NCBI GenBank assembly: GCA_964304625.1
Contig: OZ199839.1
Span: 1,252,221 to 1,316,220 of the forward strand
Length of the DNA stretch: 64,000 bases
Origin: Kudoa neothunni
Taxonomy: Eukaryota; Animalia; Cnidaria
Direction of reading: 5' to 3'
Part shown: piece by piece, positions 40,401 through 53,022 of the stretch
How the letters are laid out: the number at the start of each line of letters is the position of its first letter
How positions within the stretch are numbered: position 1 is the stretch's first letter
The notes under the pieces: generated by a model
The model's input: only the letters and a program-made list of their open reading frames with translations
Database searches by the model: none
What the model was told of the DNA's origin: nothing
Translations under genes and position numbers: made by a program

Positions 40401-40973
40401 ATTGCAGATAATACTAATTATTCGTTAAATGGAGATTTAGATATATCAAATAGAAGACCGTCTTTAGAGCACTCAAATATTATAATTGAAGACTCATCAG
40501 GCGAATCACAACCATTCTCAACAGATGAAAACGGTCAAAGTTTAGAAGAGGTCATTTCCAATGAGCAAGAGGAAAATTGCGAAAACATAGAAAGTATATA
40601 GATAATTCTAGATCTAATTTATTATGATTTAGTGTTAATCTTTTCCATCTAAAGTAAAGACTGTTGGGCGTCCTAGAGGTGCTGCCCTTACCGATGTTGG
40701 CTTTCCTAGAAAAAGAAAGCAGGATAAAAAATAAAACAATTAATAGATGAAAATCAAAAATTTTCCTCATGTTATTAATCCCCAAATAAATTGCTGTATA
40801 ATAAAGCTAATTTGTATCTTTATATAGCGAAAAGATGGATCATTTAATATGTAGAAAATTAGGATCGCGAAATAAGAAGATATAACACTTTACGCGTTAT
40901 GTTAATAGTGTGTTTATTATTATCTTAAACGTCATAGCGGTGTTTCATTCGTGCGCAAATCCGGTGAATTTGA
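37431..40973 (+). mobile_element. Mutator/MULE transposon C, decayed; right end obscured by Merlin insertions
   Basis: Left end GGCAGTGGCTATTG resembles the MULE A TIR. Transposase fragments from ~38359: YEIKFVCIFG...CPFNI...EHNHP, FYPEILLVELTYKFL, TIDKD, CMFHVLQIFRRE, TNNRLEAINSKLK. Confidence 0.8.
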
Positions 40974-42032
40974 GGCTAAATTACAGTGACCGTGCATCCA
41001 ATCGGGGGAAAATGAAACACCTCATAAAATGTCGGAAAAATAAATTTTTACTACTTAAAAACCATTACATATTTAAATAAAATCGATAATCCTTTTCCAC
41101 TATATTTTCTTCGGAACTTGAAATCAACAACATAGTTAGGAAGTGTTCCTGGGGTTTTATTTGTGGCGTTTCTATATTTTCTTTTAAAAGCACCCATGTA
41201 GCTTCTATTTTGTTAGTGTGGACCCCCCTCAATGGAAACAAAACCTTCTTTTATGGATCACGTACCGTGAACAAAACCTAGATCCTTCAAACTGTTGTAA
41301 CCTTTCCAACCATCGGTCCAAATAGTTGACTCTTCCTCTACATTCTCAATAATTATTCTGTATAGGATATCCCTATTTCTTTTTGGTGTTATTTTCAAAA
41401 AGGAATTTCCGTCTTCGTCTATTCCTCCCACCATCCAATACTGTTGATTCCGAAGAATTCTCCCAACGTTGAACTTCCTTTTTGATATGGCGGTCTCATC
41501 TATTTGTACTACAACACCCTTCCCGCACTATTTTAGAAAATTCCTCATTTAGTTTAGATGCCATAAAATCTGTAATGACGTCTTTCCAATCATTTATGGT
41601 GGATTTTGAAGAAATTTTAGTGTGTTTACGAATATCATCGTAAGTCATTGTTGGATGTTGGATTACCGTTACTATAAAAATAAAAATTTTCCACAAAGGA
41701 AGTCGAGAAATTTCTAAAATAGTTCCTTTTCGTATCGACGTTTTTTTGTTGCATGAAATAAATTTGTATTGATAACCATCATCAGCGTCTTTTCTCTTAA
41801 CTAGAAACATTTGACTCCCACAAAAACATTTTGAATAACTCTTCATAAGACCCAGATTTTGCATTGTTTTTAGTGTATATTCAAGGTCATCGCGAAAATA
41901 ACCATAATCCAAGTTCGTAATCTCATCAATATTCTCTAACGTAAATATTTTTTTGTTTGATTGCATCGTGTTAGAATGAATCAAGACCTCCAGAAAATCA
42001 CCGATTGGATGCGCGGTCGGTGTAATCTAGGC
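40974..42032 (-). mobile_element. Merlin (ISXO2/IS1595-like DDE) transposon 1, ~1.06 kb, frameshifted
   Basis: About 33-bp imperfect TIRs GGCTAAATTACAGTGACCGTGCATCCAATCGG with degenerate 8-bp TSD gaatttga/gaattcgc. ORF 41496-41984 continues in another frame as DETAISKRKFNVGR...WMVGGID...IWTDGWKGY. Confidence 0.85.
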
Positions 42033-42071
42033 GAATTCGCATCAGTAAGTTTGGGTCTTTTATGAAACATT

Positions 42072-45000
42072 GGTAATGGGGAAGTATCCACCTCCAAAAA
42101 TTCGTCCTTTTTCGCGTATGCAAACCTACCGATTTTATTATAGATCGTCTTAATACATTTTTGGCTAAACTGCAGTTTGGGGCGATTCTGAGGCAATTGT
42201 CGAATACACTCGCGTGCAATAAAATAAAATATTTAAAATACACTATCAATGGAGATATAATTCATTAATTGTTAATATATATTTTAAAAGTTTCAATAGT
42301 GAATTTTATTTTGAAATGATATTCTGAGAGGTAAGAACCCATCAATTCTGACCTCTTGTTGGTGATGTGGCGATACTTTCTTTTCACTGTCCCCCAAATG
42401 GCTTCGATGCGATTAGTGTGAACTCCATCCATTCTTTGAAGCCATCTTTATGGACCACAACTTCGTGTTGATAACCAATAAGGGACAAATCCTTGTATCC
42501 CTTCCAACCATCAGTCCAAATCATCGAGCCCAATTCGACATTATTCAAGATGATATTTTCCAGCGTAGGTTTGTCTCGAACATCCGTAATTTGTTGGAAA
42601 ATACTGCCATTGTTGTCAATTCCTCCAACAATCCAACAAGACTGGTTGACCAAAATTCTTCCACGATGGTATTTTCTTCTGCAGATAAATGACTCATCGA
42701 TTTGAACAACTAAGCCAGGAGAACCGATTTTTCCGCGATGGGAGTCTAAGTATTCAGAGTAAATTTCTCGGATATACTGCATCCAATCAACTACAGTGTG
42801 CTCAGAACCAATGTCCAGTCGTCGACATATTGTTCTATGTGACATATTTATGTCGTTCAGATTAAAATACATCAGGGCAAATATCTGCCACAACGATAAA
42901 TGTGACCCCCCCCCCCCAAAAAAAGGCTCCATTTCTGATGGAACATTTCTTTTTGCAAACGCCGCAAAAAATACGTACAAATCATTTTTATTTTTTTGAT
43001 TTATCGGATACATATCTGATGAGCATTTATTGCACTTTTTAACTTTTGGCAGCAGCCCCAAATTTTGTAGCGTGTTAAAAAGTTTTTTAAAATCGGATTT
43101 TAAAAAAACATGTCTTCTAATAACATAATGTCTATATTGTCCACTGAAAACTCCATTTTAAAAACCGATGCGCGAGTGTATTCGACAATTGCCGCAGAAT
43201 CGCCCCAAACTGCAGTTTAGCCTACGTTTTTTAAATATGGAGTGAACACAAATATCTTTAAGAATATCAATTAAAAAAATCAATAAAAATGCAGCTTCGG
43301 TCATTATCGTGACGTGCGCATAACTTTGCGCGTTCTTTTTTTGTGCTTTATTTCCCTAAGTTTCCACATATATACAACTTTGAGACTATCATTATGTTCA
43401 GTTTAATTAAGTTCTATGATATCATTAGAATTATCAATAGATCCCTACTTTAGTTCTACATTTTGGGTGTTAGATATAGTTTTTGTGATTTGAATTATAA
43501 ATTTAAAAAATTTTGATCAGAGATGAATTAATGAGTTATATTTAAAAAGTTTCTGTGGCACGCTACCCCGACTGAGGCTTACTAATGGTAGAATTTAAGT
43601 CACAGCGCCAGTTTTACAAGTTGCTTCTAGATCAAGAAACATTGCTGAACATCTTAGCCATGAAAGGTCTATTGCAGAAAATGCGGAACATGTGCAAAAA
43701 TTGTCGTAGGTATAACACCTGTAAATTAAAGATTGAACGAAGGTTAAAAACAATTCCACAGACCTACAATTTATTTGTGAATCAGAAAAATTCACTTATA
43801 TTTATTTCAGAGGGATTTAATGTTTCTGAAATTATTATGAATATAATTGTAAGAAATTCTTCTTTCCAAGAGCCTCAACTTTCTCTGGAATTATGAATAA
43901 ATTTCATGATAATTCTTCCAAGTTATCGGTCTCCGACATTTGCTAGCTGATCTATTTGTGGGCTATGGAAGAGCTTAGATGCCAGGCGATTATTTTAACT
44001 AGAATAACAGGCAAAACTATTACATATTGGTAATCATCTTTAAGAAAAATTTGTTGGGGAGGTTTTCAGTGGCGTAAAAAGTTCGACGGAAAAAGAATTA
44101 TTGAAATAGACAAATGCCTTTTGAGGGGGAAAACGGAAAAATAATCGTGTTATGTTCTTGGGAGCAGATGTCTGGAGAAGCGCCCCTAATGAAACCTATT
44201 CTCCATCATCTGATGATGACACGGATGATGATTCTGGTGGCACTAATGTCGAAAGATATGGGAACAGAATAGAAGGTCCGTCGGTAGTTGAGATTTGTGA
44301 ATACTCCGTTGACGATGAAGATAAACGTAAATTGCTGGAGTCGAGATTTTTCTTTGTGGATCGAAGGGAAAAATATACTTTACCCCTAATTCTTCAAGAG
44401 GTATCACATTACTCCAGAATATACACAAACGAATGGAAAGAGTACAAACGATTAAGAATTTGGGGGTATAATCATATAGCTATAAACCATTCAAAAACGA
44501 AGCTTTTGCGAAGGATGAGTGGTGTGCCGAAATTTTATGCTTTATTTGTATCTGACTGAGGAGTGGTTACGATTGAAACGTGAAAATTCATGGGAGTTTT
44601 TCGATTTTATTTTTAAAGAAATAACGAGAATATATTCCATTACCAATAATAATAGAAATAATGAAAATTGGTTCATTCAACTTTATTGTATGATTCTTCT
44701 TCTATTTGCGGACACACGTTTAGTATCTTTTATATAAGCACAATTTAAACTTTTTTATATTGTGTCATGAAGCTATGTACATTTTAAAGTTATGGAGAAT
44801 ATAGTTTTCACTACGGAAGTTCATTAACAATATTTTAAAAGTTAATCATTTGATTGATAGAGCATAAGCTCTACCAAATGAATTCACTAATGTGTTAAAA
44901 AGCGATATATAATTTGGTGCGCCGATAATTTTTTTAATTCCATGTAATACAAGTTGTTAAAAATTTTATAACAAACATTGTTTACTTTTTGGTTGTCTTG

Positions 45001-45699
45001 GGTGACGAAATAATAAAAATAAACTAAACGCTCTCATTTTTAATGTTTGCGTTGGTCTGGTCTATAGAACTAAAGATCATTATGTAACCTTCTCATACAA
45101 AACGATTTTCTTTAATTATTAATTTTTCCATTCAGTGATTGTATTTTCCATACACAGTAATTTATTTAATAATTTATAAGTTTATAATGTATTATAAATA
45201 TGGAAAATATTATGAAAGTTATAGTAATATCACATTTACTCGCACGATTAAAAAAATGAACCACTAAGGAAATTTTATAAACTAAAGTAAGTTGGTTTTT
45301 ACATTTCTAATCAACTAAACTTTTAATTTTTAAAAATTCTTTCTGGATAGAAGTTAATTTAAATTCAAACTTTATCTCTAAATCTATTACTGCCGAGTCA
45401 AATATGATTTTAACACTTAAATGCTATAATATGACTAGTTTGGAGATAATGATAGCCTCAAAGTTGTATATATGTGGAAACTTAGGGAAATAAAGCACAA
45501 AAAAAGAACGCGCAAAGTTATGCGCACGTCACGATAATGACCAAAGCTGCATTTTTATTGATTTTTTAATTGATATTCTTAAAGATATTTGTGTTCACTC
45601 CATATTTAAAAAATATATTAAGACTATTTATAATAAAATCGGTAGGTTTGCATACGCGAAAAAGGAAGAATTTTTGGAGGTGGATACTCCCCCATTACC
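42072..45699 (+). mobile_element. Merlin-like transposon 2 with ~250-bp TIRs and decayed transposase (~43585-44650)
   Basis: Left TIR 42072-42162 plus 43232-~43395 is the reverse complement of ~45447-45699. Motifs EIDKCLLRGKRKNNR, YGNRIEGPSV, IYTNEWKEY, YNHIAINHS. No clean TSD. Confidence 0.8.
42163..43222 (-). mobile_element. Merlin transposon 3 (1.06 kb), inserted inside the left TIR of Merlin 2
   Basis: About 50-bp TIRs GGCTAAACTGCAGTTTGGGGCGATTCTG...; TSD tacattttt/tacgttttt. ORF 42384-43061 has VVQIDES, RRKYHRGR, WIVGGID, IWTDGWKGY. Confidence 0.9.
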
Positions 45700-47035
45700 A
45701 TGGACACTGTCTTATTGCATACACTAACTAACTCAGTGAAAGCGATTGTGGCAAATTATTTAGTGAACATAACTCCTCTTCACATCAGTATAGATGGACG
45801 TATACTTACTAGTATGAAAACGCCGCTATTGACAATTAATTCAAACCTAATTTTGTTATGAAAGAGGTAAAAACTATGGATATACCCAAGACAGTGGATG
45901 ATTATTTTGAATTTTATAAAAAACAATTTGATATCTATGAGGTATGTTTGAAAAAATATAATCATTTTGTTTGATAAATTTTAGTGGATTATTCGCCTTA
46001 TAACACAAAATTAATGGAAATAAAATTAATCCTATTATCATCGCACATGCATCATTCTTGTGGAAAGAGACACGATAAAAAAATTTTGTTTTGTGGTTAT
46101 TACTTAATTTAAAATGAAATTAACTGCCCAAAACGTAGAGATATTTAACCGACTAGGAAAAAATACAAGCAATTTGTAGTCATCGCTTTTAAGAAAAAAA
46201 GCGAGAATAAGCAAGAAATTACTCAAAAATATAGGTTATGTTTGTATCAAGCTATTAAGTAACTATTGGGAAACTCAAGGTTGATATTTAAATGAATTTG
46301 TCATCTGAGAGGAACAATCGATAAAACCGCCAAAACAAATTTATCCGAAAATTTTCGTTAATCTAATTTCGCGATCGTGGTATTAAATCGTAGGAATATT
46401 GCCTTTGCTCCAAAGGATTACCTTTTCAGTGATAATTTTTATTAAATGGTAAATATCATGGCTGATTCAAAAAGAAAAGCCCAGTTTGAACAAAATTAAA
46501 TATTAATCGACCTATACTTTCAAAATTAATATACAGTAGGTAACCGATTTTCGGTAACTTCAAACTTACTTCCATTAGAATATTTTTTTAATATTTTAAA
46601 CCATATATTTAAATTTATTTTTATGTTATAATAATAATTTACAAAAATTTTAAAAACTGAACATTTAAAAGTGGGGGTTTTCACATTATTAGTGCTTAAC
46701 CGATTTTCCGTAACTTTTCAGCTCTATGCGGATTTAATAGCGTGCCTCCTTTACATTTCTAATGTCTGAAAAAGTTAAAAATGAGGAAACAATAAAACTA
46801 AAATATAATTTTATTGTTTTTTTTAAAGTATACTAAACAGGAGCGCAAAAATACTACTTTTTGTAAATTTAAGCTCCTTTCTATTTATACCCTAGGTATT
46901 ATCTTGATTAGGAAGAAAGATATAGTTTTATCTTATAAACTGGCTTGACTTCTTCAGAGAGAAAAAATTTTAAACAGTGTTCAAATATCGACATCGATAT
47001 TATGGTATATAGCTGGGTGAATTATTTATGATAAT

Positions 47036-50000
47036 TGTTGGGGCACAGTTTATATTATGTGTGACTACGTGTGCCGCGCATTATTAGCATCGTAACGGGT
47101 AGATTAACTGGATCCTCTATCACGGTAGTAGCTTTTAAATGGCGTCTCTATTTGGCTCTAACATTGGCGCAGTGACTAATATGAATCTGTTTGATGGAGA
47201 AAATGTGGATTGTTGGGTGGCAAAATTTGATTTGCTCGTCATCCACAGAGGAATTCCTCATGAAAGATGGGCGTTGGAACTTTTAGTTTCATTGGCGTTG
47301 TCCGTATTTTCGATTGTTCAGGAAGCCGGCTTTGAACCTCAAACTCCTTACGAGACGATAAAAGAATTTTTGAAAGGCAGATTTGGAAAAGTTAAAGATA
47401 CATATGTATCTTAGAGAGAATTTTTCAGCTATATACAGTGTGAAACTCAAAGTGTGGTTGAGTTCGCTGAAGAAGTAAGGAGGAGAGGAAGAGTAGCTTT
47501 TCCTGGTGTTGGTCACCTCCATTTTGATGAAATTTGCAGAAACCAGTTTATTCGTGGTTTAGCATCTTTGGAAATTAGAAAGGACTTATTGATAAAAGAT
47601 CCCTCGACTCTGAATGATGCATCAGTATTGGCTCAAAAACTTGAATATGTTATGAAAAACATTGATAACAATTCCAAGCATCAGATCGATGTAATGGCTG
47701 TAAGAGAAGATGATACTTTAAGAAAAATATCCAAAAGGTTAGAATCATTGGAAGCAAAGAGGGAATGTATCAAACGCCGTAACCATAGTAAGTTGAACAA
47801 CTGTAAAAACAACCGTTATGGAAGAGCTATGATAAATGATTGTTCTTCATTGTTATTTTTGCGAATTCAAATTTCTGGTGTGGATGTTGATGGTTTGATA
47901 GGTACTGGTTCGCAGTCAAGTGTAGTAAGTGTTAGTTTATTACGAAAGATCAAACTTTATAACATACAAGCAACCTCTGTGCAGTTGGTTTCTGCTAGTG
48001 GCGATAAAATGGATGTCAAGGGAACAGTGAAGCTAAGGATAAAATATGATAATAAGCTCTTAGTTCAAAGCTTCTATGTTGTTGATAACTTGATACATGA
48101 TTGTATACTTGGAATGGATACTATGAGTGCTTTGCAGTTCAGCTTTGTGGTTGGAAAAATTCCTGTTGATTACACGAAAAAACAAGGTAATAATACTTTG
48201 GAAATGTTATCAGTGAAACATGCTGATCCTGTGGGAATGCAAATCGAACATCAAATCGACACTGCCGACCATAAACCAATCAAGGATCACAGGAGGAGAA
48301 TACCGTATCATCGAAGAGAGATACTAAATCAGTTAATCGAGGAAATGTTGAACAATAACGTCATAGAAAAGTCAAATTCGGAGTGGGCATTTAACGCAGT
48401 TATTGTACCAAAAGAGTCTGGCAAGCACAGATTATGTGTGGATTACCGAAAGCTTAATGCCATAACTACAAAAGATTCGTACCCGTTGCCCCGTATCGAT
48501 GATATATTGGATATGATGGCAAATTCAACGTGTTTTACGGTGCTGGACCTGAGAGATGGGTATCACAACGTTCCCATTTGCAAAAAGGACAGATCGAAGA
48601 CGGCTTTTTATGGAGTAGATGGACTGTACCATTTAAAAAAAATGCCGTTCGGTTTATGCAACGCGCCAGCGACACTTCAGCGATTAATGAATTATGTATT
48701 AGAAAAATATATTGGTTCAATGTGTCTTGCCTATTTGGATGACGTGATAATTTTCGGAAAGAATATGGACAGTCATAAAGATGTTAAGGTGATCGTGGAA
48801 ACGCTGAAAAAGTCCTGTTTGCAAATAAATTATGAAAAATCGCATTTTTTAAAAGATGAAGTGAAGTTTCTTGGTCACATCATTAGTGGAAAAGGTATTA
48901 GACCAGATCCTTCAAAAACAGAAATTATAAAGAAATGGCCTACGCCTACTAATGCTAAAGAGTTGCAACAATTTTTGGGTCTGGCTAATTACTATAGAAA
49001 ATTTGTTAAGAATTTTTCAGGAATCTCATCTTGTTTATATGATTTATTAAAAAATGACGTAGAATGGTTTTGGTCAGACAAATGCTCAAAAAGTTTCTGA
49101 TGTTTTAAAAAAATCGATCGTGCAACCAGCGATGCTCAATTATCCAAATTGGAGCTATCCATTTTTGTTAGATACTGACGCTAGCAATAATTCTATTGGC
49201 GGCGTTTTGTCACAAATTGTCGGTGGAAAAGAATACGTTATTGCTTTTGGTAGTCGTGGTCTATCCTCGAGTGAAAAGAATTATGGTGCTACTAGAAAGG
49301 AACTACTTGCGCTTGTCCATTTTGTAAAATATTACAAAGTCTACCTCATTGGAAAAAAATTCACAGTACGAGCGGATCACAATGCTCTAAAGTGGTTGCT
49401 GTCTCTTAAGAACCCAGAAGGACAACTTGCTAGATGGCTGGAACAATTGGCAGAGTTTGAATTTGATGTGATACATCGACCAGGTAAAGAATATATGAAT
49501 GCGGATTCGCTGTCCCGTATTCCTAGTGAAAAAGTTTGTTCTGCTACGCAGTTGGAAGGTATTAGTAAAGATGTAGTCCGAATAGAGCAAAGATCGGACC
49601 CTTCCATACGCCGAATTATGGATTGGATTGAATCAAAAACAATGTCTATGACGGAGCCAAAGAGTAGCTCGGCGGAAGTAAAAATTTTGTGGATGCTGCG
49701 GAAAAGTTTGAAATTGGTAGATGGATTGCTGTATAGAGAATACTCAGATGGGAAAACCGATAAAATGTTGAGATTAATTGTGCCAACCAATATGAAGAAA
49801 GAAATTTTAAGATTAGCTCATGATAACGCTGCAAGTGGACATTTGGGTCATAACAAAGTTTATAGTAGGATAGTCTCAAAATTTTATTGGCCGTTCCAAC
49901 GAAAGTACGTTCGAAATTGGTGTGAATCGTGCTCTGCCTGTGGACGTCGAAATCGTGCTACGAAGAAGTTTGTATCCGAATTGACAACAAGTATTTCAAC

Positions 50001-51011
50001 TTATCCAATGGAACGAATTGCAATCGACATTGTGGGTCCTTTAAACATAACCCGAAAAGGCAATCGTTTTATATGCGTCGTTCAAGACTGTTTCACGAAG
50101 TGGGCAGAAGCTTTTCCAATCAAGAACCAAGAAGCAACAACTATTGCTAAAAAGTTGATTAAGAATGTCTTCAGCCGTTTTGGTGTTCCAAATGTTCTTC
50201 ATAGCGACCAAGGGAAGAACTTTGAATCGGCTGGATTTAAAGAAATGTGTACGATAATGGGAATTAGCAAAACTAGAACATGCCCGTATAACCCTAAATC
50301 AGATGGGATGGTCGAACGCTTGAATCGAACAATCGTGGATATGCTGAGCAAATTTACTTCAATATATGGCGATTGGGACGAGTTAATTCCGCTTGTTATG
50401 ATGGCATATCGATCTAGCATCCATTCCTCTTCAAAATACTCACCCAATGTTTTAATGTTTGGCAGAGATATCAGAACTCCTCTTGATATATTTTATAACA
50501 CTAAGTCAACTTCACTTCCGATTGGCGATTATATAAAAAATTTTGTGGCGGATTTGAAAGTTACTCATAAATTAGCCAAAGAAAACTTGCAAAGTGAACT
50601 TGAGAAGACGAAACAAAGGTATAATCAAAAGGCATACGGTAAACCATATGGTATTGGCGATAAAGCCTGGCTGCAAGTTCCTGTACGGAAAGGCAAATTA
50701 AAACCTTTTTATAATGGACCATATGTGGTGAAACAAAGGTTATCAGATTCTGTTTATAAGTTGGAAAGAGATGGAAGAGAACTTATCACAAATTTCGATA
50801 AGATGAAACCACATATTGAGAGAAGGAGTCATTTGGTTATGGAAAATACCGTCGAAAATTCAAGACATGCCAATCCATCCGAAGGGGGAGAAGTGTTGGG
50901 ACACACTTTATATTATGTGTGACGCGCATTATTAGCATAGTAACGGGTAGATTAACTGGATCCTCTATCACTGTAGTAGCTTTTAAATGGCGTCTCTCTT
51001 TAGTTCTGACA
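47036..51011 (+). mobile_element. Ty3/gypsy LTR retrotransposon, 3976 bp, full-length but disabled
   Basis: LTRs 47036-47163 and 50894-51011 (TG...CA), 5-bp TSD ATAAT, PBS TGGCGCAGTG at ~47165, PPT GAAGGGGGAGAAG at 50881-50893. Domain order gag-PR-RT(YLDD)-RNaseH-IN(HHCC, DDE, GPY). Confidence 0.95.
47139..50922 (+). pseudogene. gag-pol polyprotein of the gypsy element
   Basis: In-frame TAG at 47412-47414, protease active site reading LIGTG instead of LIDTG, and a frameshift near 49097-49100. ORFs 47139-47414, 47454-49100 and 49120-50922. Confidence 0.9.
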
Positions 51012-53022
51012 ATAATAAATTGAACTATCTGATCATCATAGCATACATGAAAGAAATCAATTGACAAAAGAATTGAACCTAAACATGGTAATAATCCATG
51101 CTTGATTTATTAGTTTTAAATCACGATTTAATTTTAAAATATCACTGCCCATGCTGATTTAGTTTATGTTGACTAATGTTTTGTAGAGAATTGGTAACCT
51201 AAATTGAATGACTAAGTCAAAGGTAACAACGATGACTGTATCTGTAACCATGACGAAACTGCATTATTTTAGTAGAAACAAAGAGGTCCATTATTTTTAA
51301 TGCTATGTTTTGCGACGTGCATTTACGCCTGGAGGCTGCATTGAATCATTTGTGATTGGAAATCACAAAAACCATGTTGTTTTGAAAATTCTAAATAAAA
51401 CACTTCTAGCAAACTACAAATCCAACAGGAAAGAATGGATCATTAATGAAACATTTAACATATGTCTTTCTAATTTTGACGATGTATTCAAAACGCAATA
51501 CAAGAGAGTTTACTATTTCTTAATAATGCCACTTGCTATGCCGAAATTCATTTTCCCAATATCTCTCTTATATTCCTTACAAAAAATTCAACTAGCGTTT
51601 TGCAACTATTAGACCATGGAATCATTTTCTCATTCCTATTAAATTACAACAATAATTTAATAGAAAACCATATTGCTGAAGTTAGCAGTGATATAAATAC
51701 ATCCTCCCAAGGTATGCTTCAAACATTGTTCCTAATTAAAAATAGTGGGACAGTGTTTCAAAGGATATTGCATTTAATTGTTTCAGAAAATATGGGTTTC
51801 CTGCAACCGATGAATGCAATATTTCATTAGATATTAATTTAAGAAATAAAGAATTCTCAATTGGAAATTCTAAGATTATTCAAGAGGACGTCGTTATGCC
51901 TACATCAAAACACTTTGACGAGCTTGCTCCTTTGATTGTTGAATCTGCGGATTCTGAAACTGAAGATTTAGGAGTGGCAGAATTTATATAAAAAAAATAT
52001 GTATTTAAATTTTTAAACAAGCAGAATAAATATACGACAGAGAGGGATTGATTATCTAGACGAAATAATGAGTTAAGATGATAAAATTACGACATACGCC
52101 TTTAAAAATATAAATAAAAATAACATTAAATAATATATTATTTCATTAAAAGGAGATGAACGTATAAATGGAATTAATTTCTTTAAAATAAGTATATTTT
52201 TTTATATTTGCGCGCGCAGCAAGTTACGGAAAATACTTCACTGAAGCATTTTTAGCAACTTCCCCATGGTCTCAAGAGGATTACGGAAAATCGGTTACCT
52301 ACTGTACTACTAAATGCGCTCGTGTCTTGCAAAAATCTTAGGATAATCTCCAAACATGTCGGTTTCTTTCAGTAGAAAATAAAATCAAAACTTAGTTATA
52401 CTTTTATTCCTTTTATTTAATTAAAAATTAATTTTTAGTTAAAGTTAAGTAAATAATAAATGTAAGAGATTCGAAGGTCTCTAAACACTGAATACTATTG
52501 GTTCGGTTTCGAAAAGGTAGTCTATTATTTTATATCCTTACGGAAAAATTTTAGCGAAAATAAAAAGTAAGAATATAAATTTCGATAAATAAAATATTTG
52601 GGGTTCTTAAATACCCCGTCCGTCTCGTAAGGGATAAAATAATTTTATCCTTTTTTCATATTTTATAAGCTTGTGTAATTTTTAGTTAAAATCCCCGATT
52701 AAAGCTTTAAATTAATACAAATTTTATTCACTATTTATTACTCTATATTTTTGCAATGTTTAATAATAAAACGAAATTTTAACTAATAAACGACGTTACA
52801 CCAACTCAAGTATAAATACTAGAATTTTATGTCAAACCTTAAATGTAGTAATTGTGTATTTAATTTTATTTGACCTCTCAAAATATCAATTGTTATAAAA
52901 TTCTTGGTATGGAGAATAAATAATACAACGCCTTGTCAAATCATACGAAAATAAAAATATTTTGAGAATTTCACTATAAATATATTTTGTTATTTTCTAA
53001 ATTATTTAAGATTTTTCATTAA

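Larger units (their letters stand above)
46534..52304 (+). mobile_element. pogo/Tigger (Tc1-mariner superfamily) transposon, decayed, carrying a gypsy insertion
   Basis: TIRs CAGTAGGTAACCGATTTTC / GAAAATCGGTTACCTACTG flanked by TA; empty site aataTActact in other units. DDE_1-like remnants NHDETALF, YKSNRKEWI, LLFLNNA, STSVLQLLDHGII. Confidence 0.88.

Noticed and set aside
40974-45699. Bacterial IS1595/ISXO2 contamination or a bacterial insert
   Set aside because: The elements are nested in eukaryotic transposons with TSDs and host-like AT content, and no other bacterial genes are present. This fits eukaryotic Merlin.
47412-47414. Programmed stop-codon readthrough in gag
   Set aside because: The TAG is in the middle of the capsid-like region, not at a gag-pol boundary, and the element has other disabling lesions. 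A nonsense mutation is more likely.
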